DNA from: Candidatus Aminicenantes bacterium
GTDB lineage: Bacteria > Acidobacteriota > Aminicenantia > JAMOAD01
Reading direction: 5' to 3'
Assembly (NCBI GenBank): GCA_027031485.1
Contig: JALVQI010000211.1
Coordinates: forward strand, 559 to 64,558
DNA length: 64,000 bases
This document shows, piece by piece, positions 16,812-25,925 of the stretch. Positions within the stretch are counted from its first letter, which is position 1. Each line of letters starts with the position of its first letter. The notes beneath the pieces are model-generated. The model saw only the letters and a list, made by a program, of their open reading frames with translations. It was not told the origin of the DNA and made no database searches. Made by a program: the position numbers and the translations under genes.

Positions 16812-18952
16812 TGGAAGAGATAAGGGCTTCTGTAATCTCAATAAATTTTGAAGGGGATAATGGATTTAAAATAGTGAGGGCAAGAGAAAAGGGCGGAGGA
16901 ATTATAAGTATTGTCGGTAAACTTGAAGGAGTGGGAGAGGGAGATCCTCTGATTTTGAGGGGGGAGTATAATGAGCATCCTGTTTATGGAAAGGAGTTTC
17001 TTGTAAAGGATTTTGAGTTTGATCAGGAGGCTAAGGAGGAGAGCATTGTAAGGTTTATATCTTCCAATAGAATGAAGGGTATAGGCGAAAAAAAAGCAAG
17101 AAAAATTGTTGAAAAGTTTGGTGAGGATACAATAAATATATTGAAAAATTCCCCTGACAAACTCCTTGAGATCAATGGAATAGGTGAAAACAATATAAAG
17201 ATGATAAAGGAGAGTATCGCTGAGTTGGGCGATACCTTTGATTCTCTGATTTTTCTTAATTTTTTAGGATTTGGCTCAGCACTATCTTATAAGATTTTAG
17301 AGAGTATGGAAGGTGATATTGAAAGTGAGATAAGGGAAAATCCTTATATACTGATAAAAAAAGTGAAGGGTATAGGTTTTAAACTTGCGGACAGGGCTGC
17401 AAAAAGACTCGGAATTCCCGATGATTCCCCTTTCAGATTAAAAAGTTATATACTCTATCTTCTTGAATCTTCCCTTGAAGAGGGGCATACATTTTTACAC
17501 AGGGAGGAGCTTGAAAACCTCTTTATATCCGAAATGTCTTCCTCCTCTGAAGTCTTTACAGAGATGATCGAAAGCCTTTTGGAGGAAGAGGAAATTGTTG
17601 TCATAGATACAGCTGTCTATTTGAAATATGTCTATGAGATTGAGCAAAAGATAGTTGACAAACTTCTTATTTTGAAAAAGCATCCCTTTGTTTTCAGCTT
17701 AAAGCCATCCGAAAAAACAATAAATGAGATAGAAAATAAATGGGGAATAAAGGTTGATGAGACTCAAAAAGATGTTATCTTAAATGTTATAAACAATAAA
17801 CTTTCAATAATAACCGGAGGCCCCGGAACAGGCAAAACAACAATATTAAAGTTTATAATCTCTCTTTTAAAACAGAATGGCAAAACTGTTTTTATTGCAG
17901 CTCCCACCGGAAGGGCAGCCAAAAGGATGAGTGAAACCTCCGGAGAGGAGGCAAAGACAATTCACAGACTTTTGGAATACATACCGGGGAAAGAGGGATT
18001 TATGAAAAACAGATTTAATCCTCTTGAAGCTGAGGCTGTGATAATTGATGAAGCCTCTATGATGGATATATTTATTTTTTATAGGCTACTGGATGCTTTA
18101 GGCCCAAATACCCAGCTAATACTTGTAGGAGACCACTATCAGCTTCCACCAGTAGGCCCCGGATATGTTTTCAGAGACCTTGTAAACTCAGGCAAAATTC
18201 CGGTTTACTTTCTTGAAAAGATTTACAGAAGGGATGAGGATAGCCTTATAAGTTTAAATGCTCTGAAAGTTAAAAGGGGGGAGATGCCCGAAATAGGCGG
18301 AAAAGAGGATAAAATATCGGATTTTTATTTTATAAAAAGAAACAAAGAGGATGATATTTTAAAGCTTATCCTTGAACTATACCTTGAAAGGATTCCCTCC
18401 AAATTTATGGTTGATCCCTTCTCGGATTCAATACAGATTCTAACTCCCATTTACAGGGGAGTGATAGGAGTTGATAATCTCAATAAGATAGTCCAATCCG
18501 AGCTTAACAGCAGCGGAAAGGGAATTAAACACTATGAAAAGATATTTAAAAAGGGCGATAAGGTGATGCAGCTTAAAAACAATTATGAAAAGGATGTTTT
18601 CAATGGAGACATAGGAAGAGTTAAAAGAATAAATCACTATACTCAGACAATAGAGATTGATTATTATGATAAAACGGTTGTTTATGAGAGAAAGGAGTTC
18701 AATGAGATAACACTTGCCTATGCTATTTCAATACATAAATCTCAGGGAAGTGAATACGATTATGTGATTGTCCCTATTACCAAATCTCAGGGAATTATGC
18801 TACAGAGAAACCTTATATACACAGCCATTACAAGGGCAAAAAAGATGATGATTTTTGTCGGAGACCCCGAAGCCCTTGAAATAGCAGTCAAAAACAATAC
18901 CCCCCTCAAACGAAACTCCCGAATCTATGAGTTGGTGGTTGAGAGGTTGTAG
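16808..18952 (+). CDS. recD2: RecD2-type SF1B ATP-dependent DNA helicase
   Basis: Walker A GGPGTGKTT, IIDEASM, VGDHYQLPPV, SIHKSQGSEYD and YTAITRAKK. HhH-like N-terminal region. The start is GTG 16808 or ATG 16811, overlapping the truB stop. Confidence 0.85.
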   Translation: MMEEIRASVISINFEGDNGFKIVRAREKGGGIISIVGKLEGVGEGDPLILRGEYNEHPVYGKEFLVKDFEFDQEAKEESIVRFISSNRMKGIGEKKARKIVEKFGEDTINILKNSPDKLLEINGIGENNIKMIKESIAELGDTFDSLIFLNFLGFGSALSYKILESMEGDIESEIRENPYILIKKVKGIGFKLADRAAKRLGIPDDSPFRLKSYILYLLESSLEEGHTFLHREELENLFISEMSSSSEVFTEMIESLLEEEEIVVIDTAVYLKYVYEIEQKIVDKLLILKKHPFVFSLKPSEKTINEIENKWGIKVDETQKDVILNVINNKLSIITGGPGTGKTTILKFIISLLKQNGKTVFIAAPTGRAAKRMSETSGEEAKTIHRLLEYIPGKEGFMKNRFNPLEAEAVIIDEASMMDIFIFYRLLDALGPNTQLILVGDHYQLPPVGPGYVFRDLVNSGKIPVYFLEKIYRRDEDSLISLNALKVKRGEMPEIGGKEDKISDFYFIKRNKEDDILKLILELYLERIPSKFMVDPFSDSIQILTPIYRGVIGVDNLNKIVQSELNSSGKGIKHYEKIFKKGDKVMQLKNNYEKDVFNGDIGRVKRINHYTQTIEIDYYDKTVVYERKEFNEITLAYAISIHKSQGSEYDYVIVPITKSQGIMLQRNLIYTAITRAKKMMIFVGDPEALEIAVKNNTPLKRNSRIYELVVERL

Positions 18953-18980
18953 TCGTGAATTGTGAATCGTGAATTGTGAA
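18953..18980. repeat. Heptad array (TYGTGAA)x4 starting immediately after the recD2 stop codon
   Basis: The units tcgtgaa ttgtgaa tcgtgaa ttgtgaa were read directly. Confidence 0.85.
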
Positions 18981-19213
18981 TTGGAGTTATTTGTATTTAG
19001 TCATTAGTTCTGTATTATTATAACGAGTGTAGTAGCTGACGAAGTGAGTGAAGATCCAGCACTTTCTTTCCGACAGTAAATGTGAAAACGCTTCGGCTAA
19101 ATGATGAATGTAAAAAGAAACCTTCACCAAGAAATCGCTAACCCTAAAAGATAGCACTGGGGGAATGGTAAATCGGGGTTGATAGTGTTTAGTTGTAGGT
19201 TTTAATTTTTTTC

Positions 19214-19305
19214 GTAAATGGTGAATAGTGAATCGGAGGTAAGTGAGAACTGAGAAGTAAGAACTGAGAAGTGAGAACTGAGAAGTGAGAACGGAGAACG
19301 GAGAA
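19214..19305. repeat. Thirteen in-register heptads: gtaaatg gtgaata gtgaatc ggaggta, then nine units of the alternating GTGAGAA/CTGAGAA type
   Basis: Read directly. The 7-nt register is unbroken from 19214 to 19304. Confidence 0.85.
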
Positions 19306-19392
19306 GCCACTTGCAATCAATATTTTTCTTTATTTAATTTATTTTTAAATAAAAAAAATTACTAATAGTTGATACTATAAATATTCAAAATC

Positions 19393-19427
19393 AGCTCAAT
19401 GCTTGATGCTCAAGGCTCAATGCTAAT
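19393..19427. repeat. Second copy of the five-heptad NGCTCAA block (agctcaa tgcttga tgctcaa ggctcaa tgctaat)
   Basis: 31/33 identity to 1289-1321. Confidence 0.8.
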
Positions 19428-19466
19428 AAAAAGATAGTGCGGGATGAATGGGAGGTAATACTGTAG

Positions 19467-19486
19467 GGGCAATTCATGAATTGCCC
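19467..19486. repeat. Perfect 20-bp palindrome GGGCAATTCA|TGAATTGCCC
   Basis: Read directly. It is intergenic, 175 bp upstream of the next gene. Confidence 0.8.
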
Positions 19487-19660
19487 TATAATAATAATAA
19501 ACAACGATAAGCCAATAACCTTTAAAATCATCTAAATGCTAATTTTGATTCTTTACTTAGGCGTATCCAATTTTTTCTAATGATTATAACTCAGGGAAGT
19601 AGGACTTTATTTATAGTTAAAAGTTTGTTATTTTAAATATTATTTAAATGGAGGTGAATA

Positions 19661-20800
19661 ATGAAAATAATAGTTTTGGGTGCTGGCCTTGTAGGGACTC
19701 CGATGGCGGTGGATCTTGCTAAACATGGGAACTCTCAGGTTAGTGTGGCTGATATCAACTCTGAAACTTTGAAAAAAATTGAAACTAAATATCCTATATC
19801 AACTATAAAAAAAGATCTTTCAAAACCTTCCAATATAAAATCTATTATTGGTGATTATGATTTGGTTATCAATGCATTACCCGGTTTTTTGGGCTTTCAG
19901 GCTTTGAAGTCAATTATAGAGGAAAGGAAAAATGTTGTGGATATAGCTTTTTATCCGGAAGACCCCTTTGAACTGGATAATTTGGCAAAGAAAAACAAGG
20001 TAATAGCAGTGGTTGATTGCGGAGTTTCTCCCGGAATGAGCAATATTTTAATAGGCTATGTTAATGAAATTTTAGATGAAACAGAAAAAGCTCTTATTTT
20101 GGTTGGAGGTTTACCTCAGAAAAGGGTATGGCCTTATGAATATAAAGCTGTGTTTTCTCCTCTTGATGTTATAGAGGAATACACCCGCCCTGCTCGCTAT
20201 AAAGAAAAGGGAGAGCTTGTTGTAAAACCTGCTCTTTCGGATGTCGAATTGATTGATTTTGAAAGGATTGGAACTCTCGAAGCATTTAATAGTGACGGGC
20301 TCAGAACACTTCTTAAAACTGTGGATATTCCAAACATTAAGGAAAAAACTCTTAGATATCCGGGGCATGTGGAGAAAATGAAGATTTTAAGAGAAACAGG
20401 TTTTTTCAGTCAGGATTATATTGATATTAATGGTGTGAAAATTCGACCTCTAAATCTTACCGCAAAACTTTTAATTCCCTTGTGGAAGCTTGAGGAGGGA
20501 GAAAGGGATATTACAATAATGAGAGTGATTGTTGAAGGAAAGAAAGAGGGTAAAAAAATTAAATATACCTATGATTTGTATGATGAATATGATGAAAAGA
20601 CAAAAATACATTCAATGGCAAGGGTGACAGGATACACGGCGACTATTGTTGCTGAGATGATATTGAACGGAATGTATGAAAAGGTTGGGATTTCTCCCCC
20701 TGAGTATATTGCTAAAACCCCTGCTCTATTAGCTTATCTCTTGGAAAAATTAAAAAACAAAGGTGTTATTTATAGCGAAAAGATAGAAAAAGAATCGTAG
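19661..20800 (+). CDS. Saccharopine dehydrogenase family NAD(P)-binding protein
   Basis: N-terminal Rossmann motif MKIIVLGAGLVG. About 380 aa, typical of this family. SD GGAGGTG. Confidence 0.7.
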   Translation: MKIIVLGAGLVGTPMAVDLAKHGNSQVSVADINSETLKKIETKYPISTIKKDLSKPSNIKSIIGDYDLVINALPGFLGFQALKSIIEERKNVVDIAFYPEDPFELDNLAKKNKVIAVVDCGVSPGMSNILIGYVNEILDETEKALILVGGLPQKRVWPYEYKAVFSPLDVIEEYTRPARYKEKGELVVKPALSDVELIDFERIGTLEAFNSDGLRTLLKTVDIPNIKEKTLRYPGHVEKMKILRETGFFSQDYIDINGVKIRPLNLTAKLLIPLWKLEEGERDITIMRVIVEGKKEGKKIKYTYDLYDEYDEKTKIHSMARVTGYTATIVAEMILNGMYEKVGISPPEYIAKTPALLAYLLEKLKNKGVIYSEKIEKES

Positions 20801-20834
20801 AATTTCTTTTGATTGAAATTAAAAAGTCAAACGA

Positions 20835-22544
20835 TTATTCTATGCTACTTTCTCTTCCCTTATCATCAACTGCGGTTACATAGTATTCATATTCAATCTT
20901 CTTTGTTCCGAGGGATCTGTCATAATATTTAAATTCACTTGCCGGCAAAATTGTCAGATATTTATAGTTTGATAATCCCTTTTCTCTTCTGTATATTTTG
21001 TAGTTGGTGATAAAAGCTCCTACTTCACTATTCCTTGGATTTTTATCCCATGTGATTTTATAAAAATATTCTGTTGTAAACAGACTTCTATTTGCAAATA
21101 ATTCATAATGTTGATTAAGAGGAGAAAAAATTCCTAAAACTTCTATATCTCCGAACGCAGAATCAGTCGCTCCGTCATCATCTGTGACCGTTAATTTAAT
21201 ATGATAGATTCCCTTTTGGTTGTAGGTATGACTGATTATTTTGCCAAAACCTATTTTACCGTCTCCGAAACTCCAGCTATACTTAACGATTTTACCATCC
21301 GGGTCTCTGGAAGCCGAAGCATCAAAATTAACTGTCAGAGGGTAAAGTCCTGTTTTAGGATTATAGGTGAATTTTGCAATAGGTGGTTTGTTGGGTTCAG
21401 GTTCCGGTTCCGGGGATTCTTCCGGTTCAAAATTTGCAAACATAATTTCATCCGTGTCCCTGTTTTCCCACACTAAGGCAGCTCCTATTTTACTATTATA
21501 GTCAATTGAAGGATAAAAAGCATCCTGTTTTGATGATATTTTAACTGGATCGCTCCAGTTTTCTCCATTATATACTGAATATACAATATCTCCATCTTTG
21601 TCTTTAAAAGTATATAAAAAGCCGGAACCATAGGCTGTTGAATCCGAGTAGTATCGATCATGATCTCTTCTCCACCCTAATCCTACATTTTTCGGGTCAT
21701 TCCATCCATCTCTATCCTTTAAAGAGGAGTAGTAAGACTTTTCCTGGTAATAGTAGAAACCCACATGAATCTTTCCTCCGCTTGCGGCGACAGAGGGGCG
21801 AAAACACCATTTGTTAATCTGGTTTACATCATAAGCTTTTCCCCAATGCCCTTTTCCATCATCCATATTAATCATAGGTTCCAGAACATCAACTTCCCAT
21901 GTACTTTCTTTATTGTCCTGCCAAACTACGATAATTTCTCCATTACTACCGGGATACATATCAAGGTATTTGGAGGTCCCGTTTGCTGTTTTTGATACAT
22001 TCACTGCCGACCCCCATCCTTTGCCGGGAGTGTACACTTTTACATAGATATCTGGCATTCTCGGGTTTCCCCTTTGCCAGGCAACAGCTATCCTTTTGTT
22101 TGTCGTTGTTATTATTTTGGGTTTTCCCATATCATATCCACCACTTGGAGACATGGTTATTGATTTTTCCCAGCCTTCGTTGTATTCGATGAATTTTATG
22201 CAATTACAACCTAAATTGTGCCAGGTAACTACAAACCCACTGTTTTTCCCTCTGAACACATCAGGATATATGTTTCCCCTGCTGCTTTGCTCTGGCAATC
22301 TTGCTGGTTTTGACCAGTTTTCTCCCTTTTTTATGGAATAATAGACATAGCTTGTTCCTCTGATGACTTCCTCCCAGACGACCATAATCTTGCCCGTTTG
22401 ATCAATTGCGACTCTGGGATTTTTTGATTCATAAGAACTATTGGATATGTTTACAATCTCAAAACCATAGGAAAAGAATCCTATTAGTAAAAAGATTATG
22501 ATAATAATTAACCTTTTTTTTGTTTTAAATTTCTTCTCCTTCAT
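20835..22544 (-). CDS. Secreted protein: repeat (propeller-like) N-domain, Pro/Glu linker, PKD domain, Fn3-like C-domain
   Basis: Signal anchor. Recurrent ...VVW/VAW/VTW strand motifs. EPEESPEPEPEPNKPP linker. PKD signature PLTVNFDASASRDPDGKIVKYSWSFGDG...TVTDDDGATD. Confidence 0.6.
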   Translation of the reverse strand: MKEKKFKTKKRLIIIIIFLLIGFFSYGFEIVNISNSSYESKNPRVAIDQTGKIMVVWEEVIRGTSYVYYSIKKGENWSKPARLPEQSSRGNIYPDVFRGKNSGFVVTWHNLGCNCIKFIEYNEGWEKSITMSPSGGYDMGKPKIITTTNKRIAVAWQRGNPRMPDIYVKVYTPGKGWGSAVNVSKTANGTSKYLDMYPGSNGEIIVVWQDNKESTWEVDVLEPMINMDDGKGHWGKAYDVNQINKWCFRPSVAASGGKIHVGFYYYQEKSYYSSLKDRDGWNDPKNVGLGWRRDHDRYYSDSTAYGSGFLYTFKDKDGDIVYSVYNGENWSDPVKISSKQDAFYPSIDYNSKIGAALVWENRDTDEIMFANFEPEESPEPEPEPNKPPIAKFTYNPKTGLYPLTVNFDASASRDPDGKIVKYSWSFGDGKIGFGKIISHTYNQKGIYHIKLTVTDDDGATDSAFGDIEVLGIFSPLNQHYELFANRSLFTTEYFYKITWDKNPRNSEVGAFITNYKIYRREKGLSNYKYLTILPASEFKYYDRSLGTKKIEYEYYVTAVDDKGRESSIE

Positions 22545-22550
22545 ATGTCT

Positions 22551-22579
22551 ATTTTGCTTGAAAATTTTAGTTTTGTCAA
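22551..22579 (-). promoter_or_regulatory. Candidate promoter TTGACA-17-CAAAAT, with the -10 ending 6 nt before ATG 22544 (leaderless type)
   Basis: Hexamers were read on the minus strand. There is no SD between the -10 and the ATG. Confidence 0.45.
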
Positions 22580-22595
22580 TTTAAATTGTTTATTT

Positions 22596-22922
22596 TTACG
22601 GTTTAAAGTCTTCTCTTTGAGGAGAAAACACATCTAATATTATTGAATTATCTTTAAGGGAAAGAACTCCATGGGGAATATTACTCATAATATAAAGACT
22701 ATCGCCCTTTTCAACGATTTCCTTTTTGCCATTAATTGTAAATTCAAATTTTCCTTCCAAAATATAGCTTATCTGTTCGTGCTCATGTTGATGGAGTTCT
22801 CCCATAGCCCCTTTTTTAAATCTTACATGTACGAGCATGAGAGAACCTCCACAGGCAAGAACCTTTCTGTAAACGCCTTGACCGACCTTTTCTTCCTTTG
22901 TGTTTTCAAATTTTACAACCAT
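22596..22922 (-). CDS. Cupin domain protein
   Basis: Cupin motif GAMGELHQHEHEQISYILEG...IPHGV. I prefer ATG 22922 to the TTG at 22955, which would overlap the upstream gene. Confidence 0.7.
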   Translation of the reverse strand: MVVKFENTKEEKVGQGVYRKVLACGGSLMLVHVRFKKGAMGELHQHEHEQISYILEGKFEFTINGKKEIVEKGDSLYIMSNIPHGVLSLKDNSIILDVFSPQREDFKP

Positions 22923-22929
22923 TTCCGAT

Positions 22930-24261
22930 TCAGAATAATTTGTAAAGCAGGACAAATAGGGTAAAGAGAAAGGTAATTATTAACATTATATTTCTTCCAA
23001 GATTAGCTTTATATTTACCCATCAAAGATTTTTTATTAACAAAATAAATTATTATAAGCACAGAAAGAGGAGCCAGAATAAGATTTCCAGCCATCCCGAG
23101 TATAGCTTTTATCAGTGCAGGCAATTTCCAGAATGGTGCTAAAATTCCGGGAACCACAATCCAGAGCATTAAAGCAATATCATAGGTCTTGTTTCCCTCT
23201 TTGAATTTCCAATCTTTTCCTAAAATATCAAGTGTAAAGTAAACCATGATCATTGCAACTCCGACCATTGTGGTAAATGCCGCTGCCAATAATCCCAATG
23301 AAAAAATTCTCGGCGCAAGAAAGCTTATGGCTCCCGGAAGAGCCGGGGTAATAACCTGTCCGGCCTGTGCAACAGTTTCTATTTGAGAAAAGTGTAATCC
23401 TCCGTTTTGTCCTCTGTACACACTGTTTAAAGCTGTTGCTCCGGCGACGACAACCACAATGGAAAAAAGCCCCCATATAATGCCAAAATTCTGAACGGAT
23501 TTCCAGAATGATTTTTTCAGATCTTTTTCCGTATACTCAGCATTTGATGTAAAGTAACCATAGGAAAGAAGTAAAGTGGCGGGAAGAGCCTGCCCTGCTA
23601 TTGACATTAATTGAAGAAATCCGCTCCTGACTTTACCCGGTGAACCTACAACAGGTAGATCTTTTGGTATTTTGGGGATTAAACCTTTTGCCACTTCAAC
23701 CCAGATCTTCCAGTCAAGTAATCCTTTTATTGCAACAACTATAAAAGCAAAGAGAATAAAAAGCAAAAGATATGTCATTATCTTTTCGATTTTTTTAAAT
23801 CCCCCGGATGTGACGAGAAAAACTGTGATAATTAAAAGAATGAGCGTTGTTATAATAATTCCGGGAGTTGTCTTATTTGAAGGAGGTAATTTAATACCCA
23901 ATGAACCATAGGTCGCTTCAACCATCACAGACATCTGCCCCATATTGACCACTATGTTTAATAAAAAAGCGGGTATGAAAATAAACCATGCGAGGGTCCA
24001 GTGAATCTCATGCTTTATCATCTCTATCATTCCTCTGTGCTTTGACATAATACCGACTCTTGATGCAGAATCCAGAGTAAAAATAACCATCGGAATAACA
24101 TATAGCGCAGCCCATAACAGCTGCATTCTAAACCATGCTCCTGCAAGCAATCTTGTAGCAACAGCACCAGCACCTATCATCCCGGCTGCCACGATTGCGG
24201 AAGGACCTATAACATTCCTGAAAAATTTTGTAATGGGATTGTTTTTGATGAAATCTTTCAT
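22930..24261 (-). CDS. Nramp-related divalent metal transporter-like membrane protein
   Basis: 443 aa with about 11 TM segments. The N-terminal IGPSAIVAAGMIGAGAVATR resembles distant Nramp-family members. SD AGGAGGA. Confidence 0.55.
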   Translation of the reverse strand: MKDFIKNNPITKFFRNVIGPSAIVAAGMIGAGAVATRLLAGAWFRMQLLWAALYVIPMVIFTLDSASRVGIMSKHRGMIEMIKHEIHWTLAWFIFIPAFLLNIVVNMGQMSVMVEATYGSLGIKLPPSNKTTPGIIITTLILLIITVFLVTSGGFKKIEKIMTYLLLFILFAFIVVAIKGLLDWKIWVEVAKGLIPKIPKDLPVVGSPGKVRSGFLQLMSIAGQALPATLLLSYGYFTSNAEYTEKDLKKSFWKSVQNFGIIWGLFSIVVVVAGATALNSVYRGQNGGLHFSQIETVAQAGQVITPALPGAISFLAPRIFSLGLLAAAFTTMVGVAMIMVYFTLDILGKDWKFKEGNKTYDIALMLWIVVPGILAPFWKLPALIKAILGMAGNLILAPLSVLIIIYFVNKKSLMGKYKANLGRNIMLIITFLFTLFVLLYKLF

Positions 24262-24285
24262 CTTTCCTCCTATAATTGATTTTTT

Positions 24286-24314
24286 ATTATAAGATAAAAA
24301 TCAGTCGTATACAA
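24286..24314 (-). promoter_or_regulatory. Candidate promoter TTGTAT-17-TATAAT for the Nramp-like gene
   Basis: Read on the minus strand. It is followed by a short leader carrying an SD. Confidence 0.45.
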
Positions 24315-24393
24315 GTAAGCCCTTTGCGTCAAAAATAATCTTACCGAAGCGGATTGGTTCAGAGAGAAAAAATTTAAGTTTGGGGAATGGATG

Positions 24394-24422
24394 TTGACAA
24401 TTTTATTTTATTAAAATAATAT
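24394..24422 (+). promoter_or_regulatory. Promoter TTGACA-17-TAATAT, with the -10 ending 7 nt before the lptE ATG (leaderless type)
   Basis: Consensus -35 with exact 17-nt spacing. There is no SD in cttaatt. Confidence 0.55.
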
Positions 24423-24429
24423 CTTAATT

Positions 24430-24942
24430 ATGAAAATTAAAGTTTATTTATCGGTTATTATTTTATCTTTATTGGCATTTTCATGTGGTTATCATTTGAG
24501 AGGAACAGGAAGTTTTCTCCCTTCTTATATAAAAAACATTTATATCCCCGAATTTGAAAATACGACCTCAAGAATTGATCTTGGAAAGATTGTTACGGAG
24601 GAGGTTATCTCTGCATTTATTAGCAGAGGAAACTTTAAACTTGTCAGAAATGAGAGTGAAGCTGATGCGGAGCTAAAGGGGAAGATCCTGAATTTTAGTG
24701 TGATTCCCGTTAATGTTGATACTGTTGAAGGTGCAAGATACAAAGTGAGGGTCACTGTTAAAGTAGAGTTGATTGATTTGAGGGAGGGAAAAGTTTTGTA
24801 CAAGAACCCCTCTTTTTATTATGAAGATGAGTATGACACTATTGAAGGCGGAGATTTTCTTTCAATGGAGACCTCCTCAATACAAAAAATAGCTGAAGAA
24901 ATGGCCACAACTTTAATTAATACTATTATGGAGGGTTTTTGA
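24430..24942 (+). CDS. lptE: LPS-assembly lipoprotein LptE
   Basis: Lipobox LLAFSC followed by GYHLRG, the typical LptE N-terminus. About 170 aa. A holA-like gene follows, matching classical lptE-holA synteny. Confidence 0.6.
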   Translation: MKIKVYLSVIILSLLAFSCGYHLRGTGSFLPSYIKNIYIPEFENTTSRIDLGKIVTEEVISAFISRGNFKLVRNESEADAELKGKILNFSVIPVNVDTVEGARYKVRVTVKVELIDLREGKVLYKNPSFYYEDEYDTIEGGDFLSMETSSIQKIAEEMATTLINTIMEGF

Positions 24943-25925
24943 TATACAATTGGACAGATTTTTTAAATCAAAAGCCTCAAAGCGGAATATATCTCTTTAT
25001 TGGTAAGGAGGAATATCTTTTAACAAAAATAATAGAGCATATAAAAAACTCGGAAGAGGCTTCTTTTCAGGTGGAAAACCATTTTGTTTCAAGACAGAGT
25101 GAGCTTTCGGATATAATGAAAAGAGCGATTGAGAGATCAATCTTTGATACGAGAAAAAAAATTGTAAAAGCTGAACTTTCAAGAGATTTTGCAATGAAAA
25201 GGGGAGCTAAAGAGTTTATTTCAATGATGTCAAAAGTTTCAAACTATCTTTTGTTTTACGGGAAAAATCTCAACAGCAGAAGTAAATTTGTAAGTTTTGC
25301 TCAGGAAAACTCAATTCCTGTTTACTATGTCTATCCTCTAAAGGATAATGAAAAGTATGAGTATGTTAAGAATATATTGAATAAAAATAATCTTAAAGCT
25401 GATAATAATATTGTTTTTAAAATAATAAATTCGGGACCGTCCGAACTTTTTCTGTTGGAGTCTGAGATAAAAAAACTTTCTCTGTTTTGTGAAGACGGAA
25501 TTGTCGGAGAAAAGGATATAGAAGAGGTCTTTTCCTTGAAAAAGGATGAAAAGATTGATAATTTTCTTGAGAGTTTAGGGACAAAAAGAGCTAAGGCTAT
25601 TTTAAGAAAACTTTTAAAAGATCAGTATGATCCGATTTATATCTGGACAAGTATTACAAATTTTTTTACTCTTTTATACTGGATTTCAATATATAAAGAT
25701 GCAGGATTTGGAGAACAGGAGATAGGAGTTAAATTGAGGCTTTACTCTACAAAAATTCGCTTTTATGGATTCCAACTGAAAAAATACTATAGGGAGGTCG
25801 GAAAAATTATAAATAAGCTTTATTATATTGAAAAAGATTTTAAGTATAGTTCAAAGGATAAATCATATCTTTTGGAATATTTTATTGATTTTTTGGTAAA
25901 AATTAACGGAGGTTTGAATGATTAG
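24939..25925 (+). CDS. holA: DNA polymerase III delta subunit
   Basis: Size, the N-terminal YLFIGKEEYLL pattern, ATGA coupling to lptE, and synteny. Sequence similarity is weak by eye. Confidence 0.55.
   Translation: MIYNWTDFLNQKPQSGIYLFIGKEEYLLTKIIEHIKNSEEASFQVENHFVSRQSELSDIMKRAIERSIFDTRKKIVKAELSRDFAMKRGAKEFISMMSKVSNYLLFYGKNLNSRSKFVSFAQENSIPVYYVYPLKDNEKYEYVKNILNKNNLKADNNIVFKIINSGPSELFLLESEIKKLSLFCEDGIVGEKDIEEVFSLKKDEKIDNFLESLGTKRAKAILRKLLKDQYDPIYIWTSITNFFTLLYWISIYKDAGFGEQEIGVKLRLYSTKIRFYGFQLKKYYREVGKIINKLYYIEKDFKYSSKDKSYLLEYFIDFLVKINGGLND

Noticed and set aside
18987-19316. 109-aa minus-strand ORF inside the heptad island
   Set aside because: Its sequence (FSVLTSQFSLLSS..., RFTIHHL repeats) is just the translation of the 7-nt arrays. 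It has no SD and no plausible fold.
19293-19316. Possible sigma54 promoter (GG...TTGCA) at the end of the heptad array
   Set aside because: The GG-to-GC spacing is 11 nt rather than the required 10, and the -24 context is just the repeat unit.
18953-19660. Replication origin (iteron-like arrays plus an AT-rich tract) or a CRISPR-like array
   Set aside because: I found no DnaA-box (TTATCCACA-like) sequences and no dnaA/dnaN nearby. The units are contiguous 7-mers without spacers, and there are no cas genes.
22923-22955. TTG-initiated extension of the cupin gene
   Set aside because: It would overlap the 3' end of the Nramp-like gene by 26 nt. ATG 22922 gives a complete cupin barrel.
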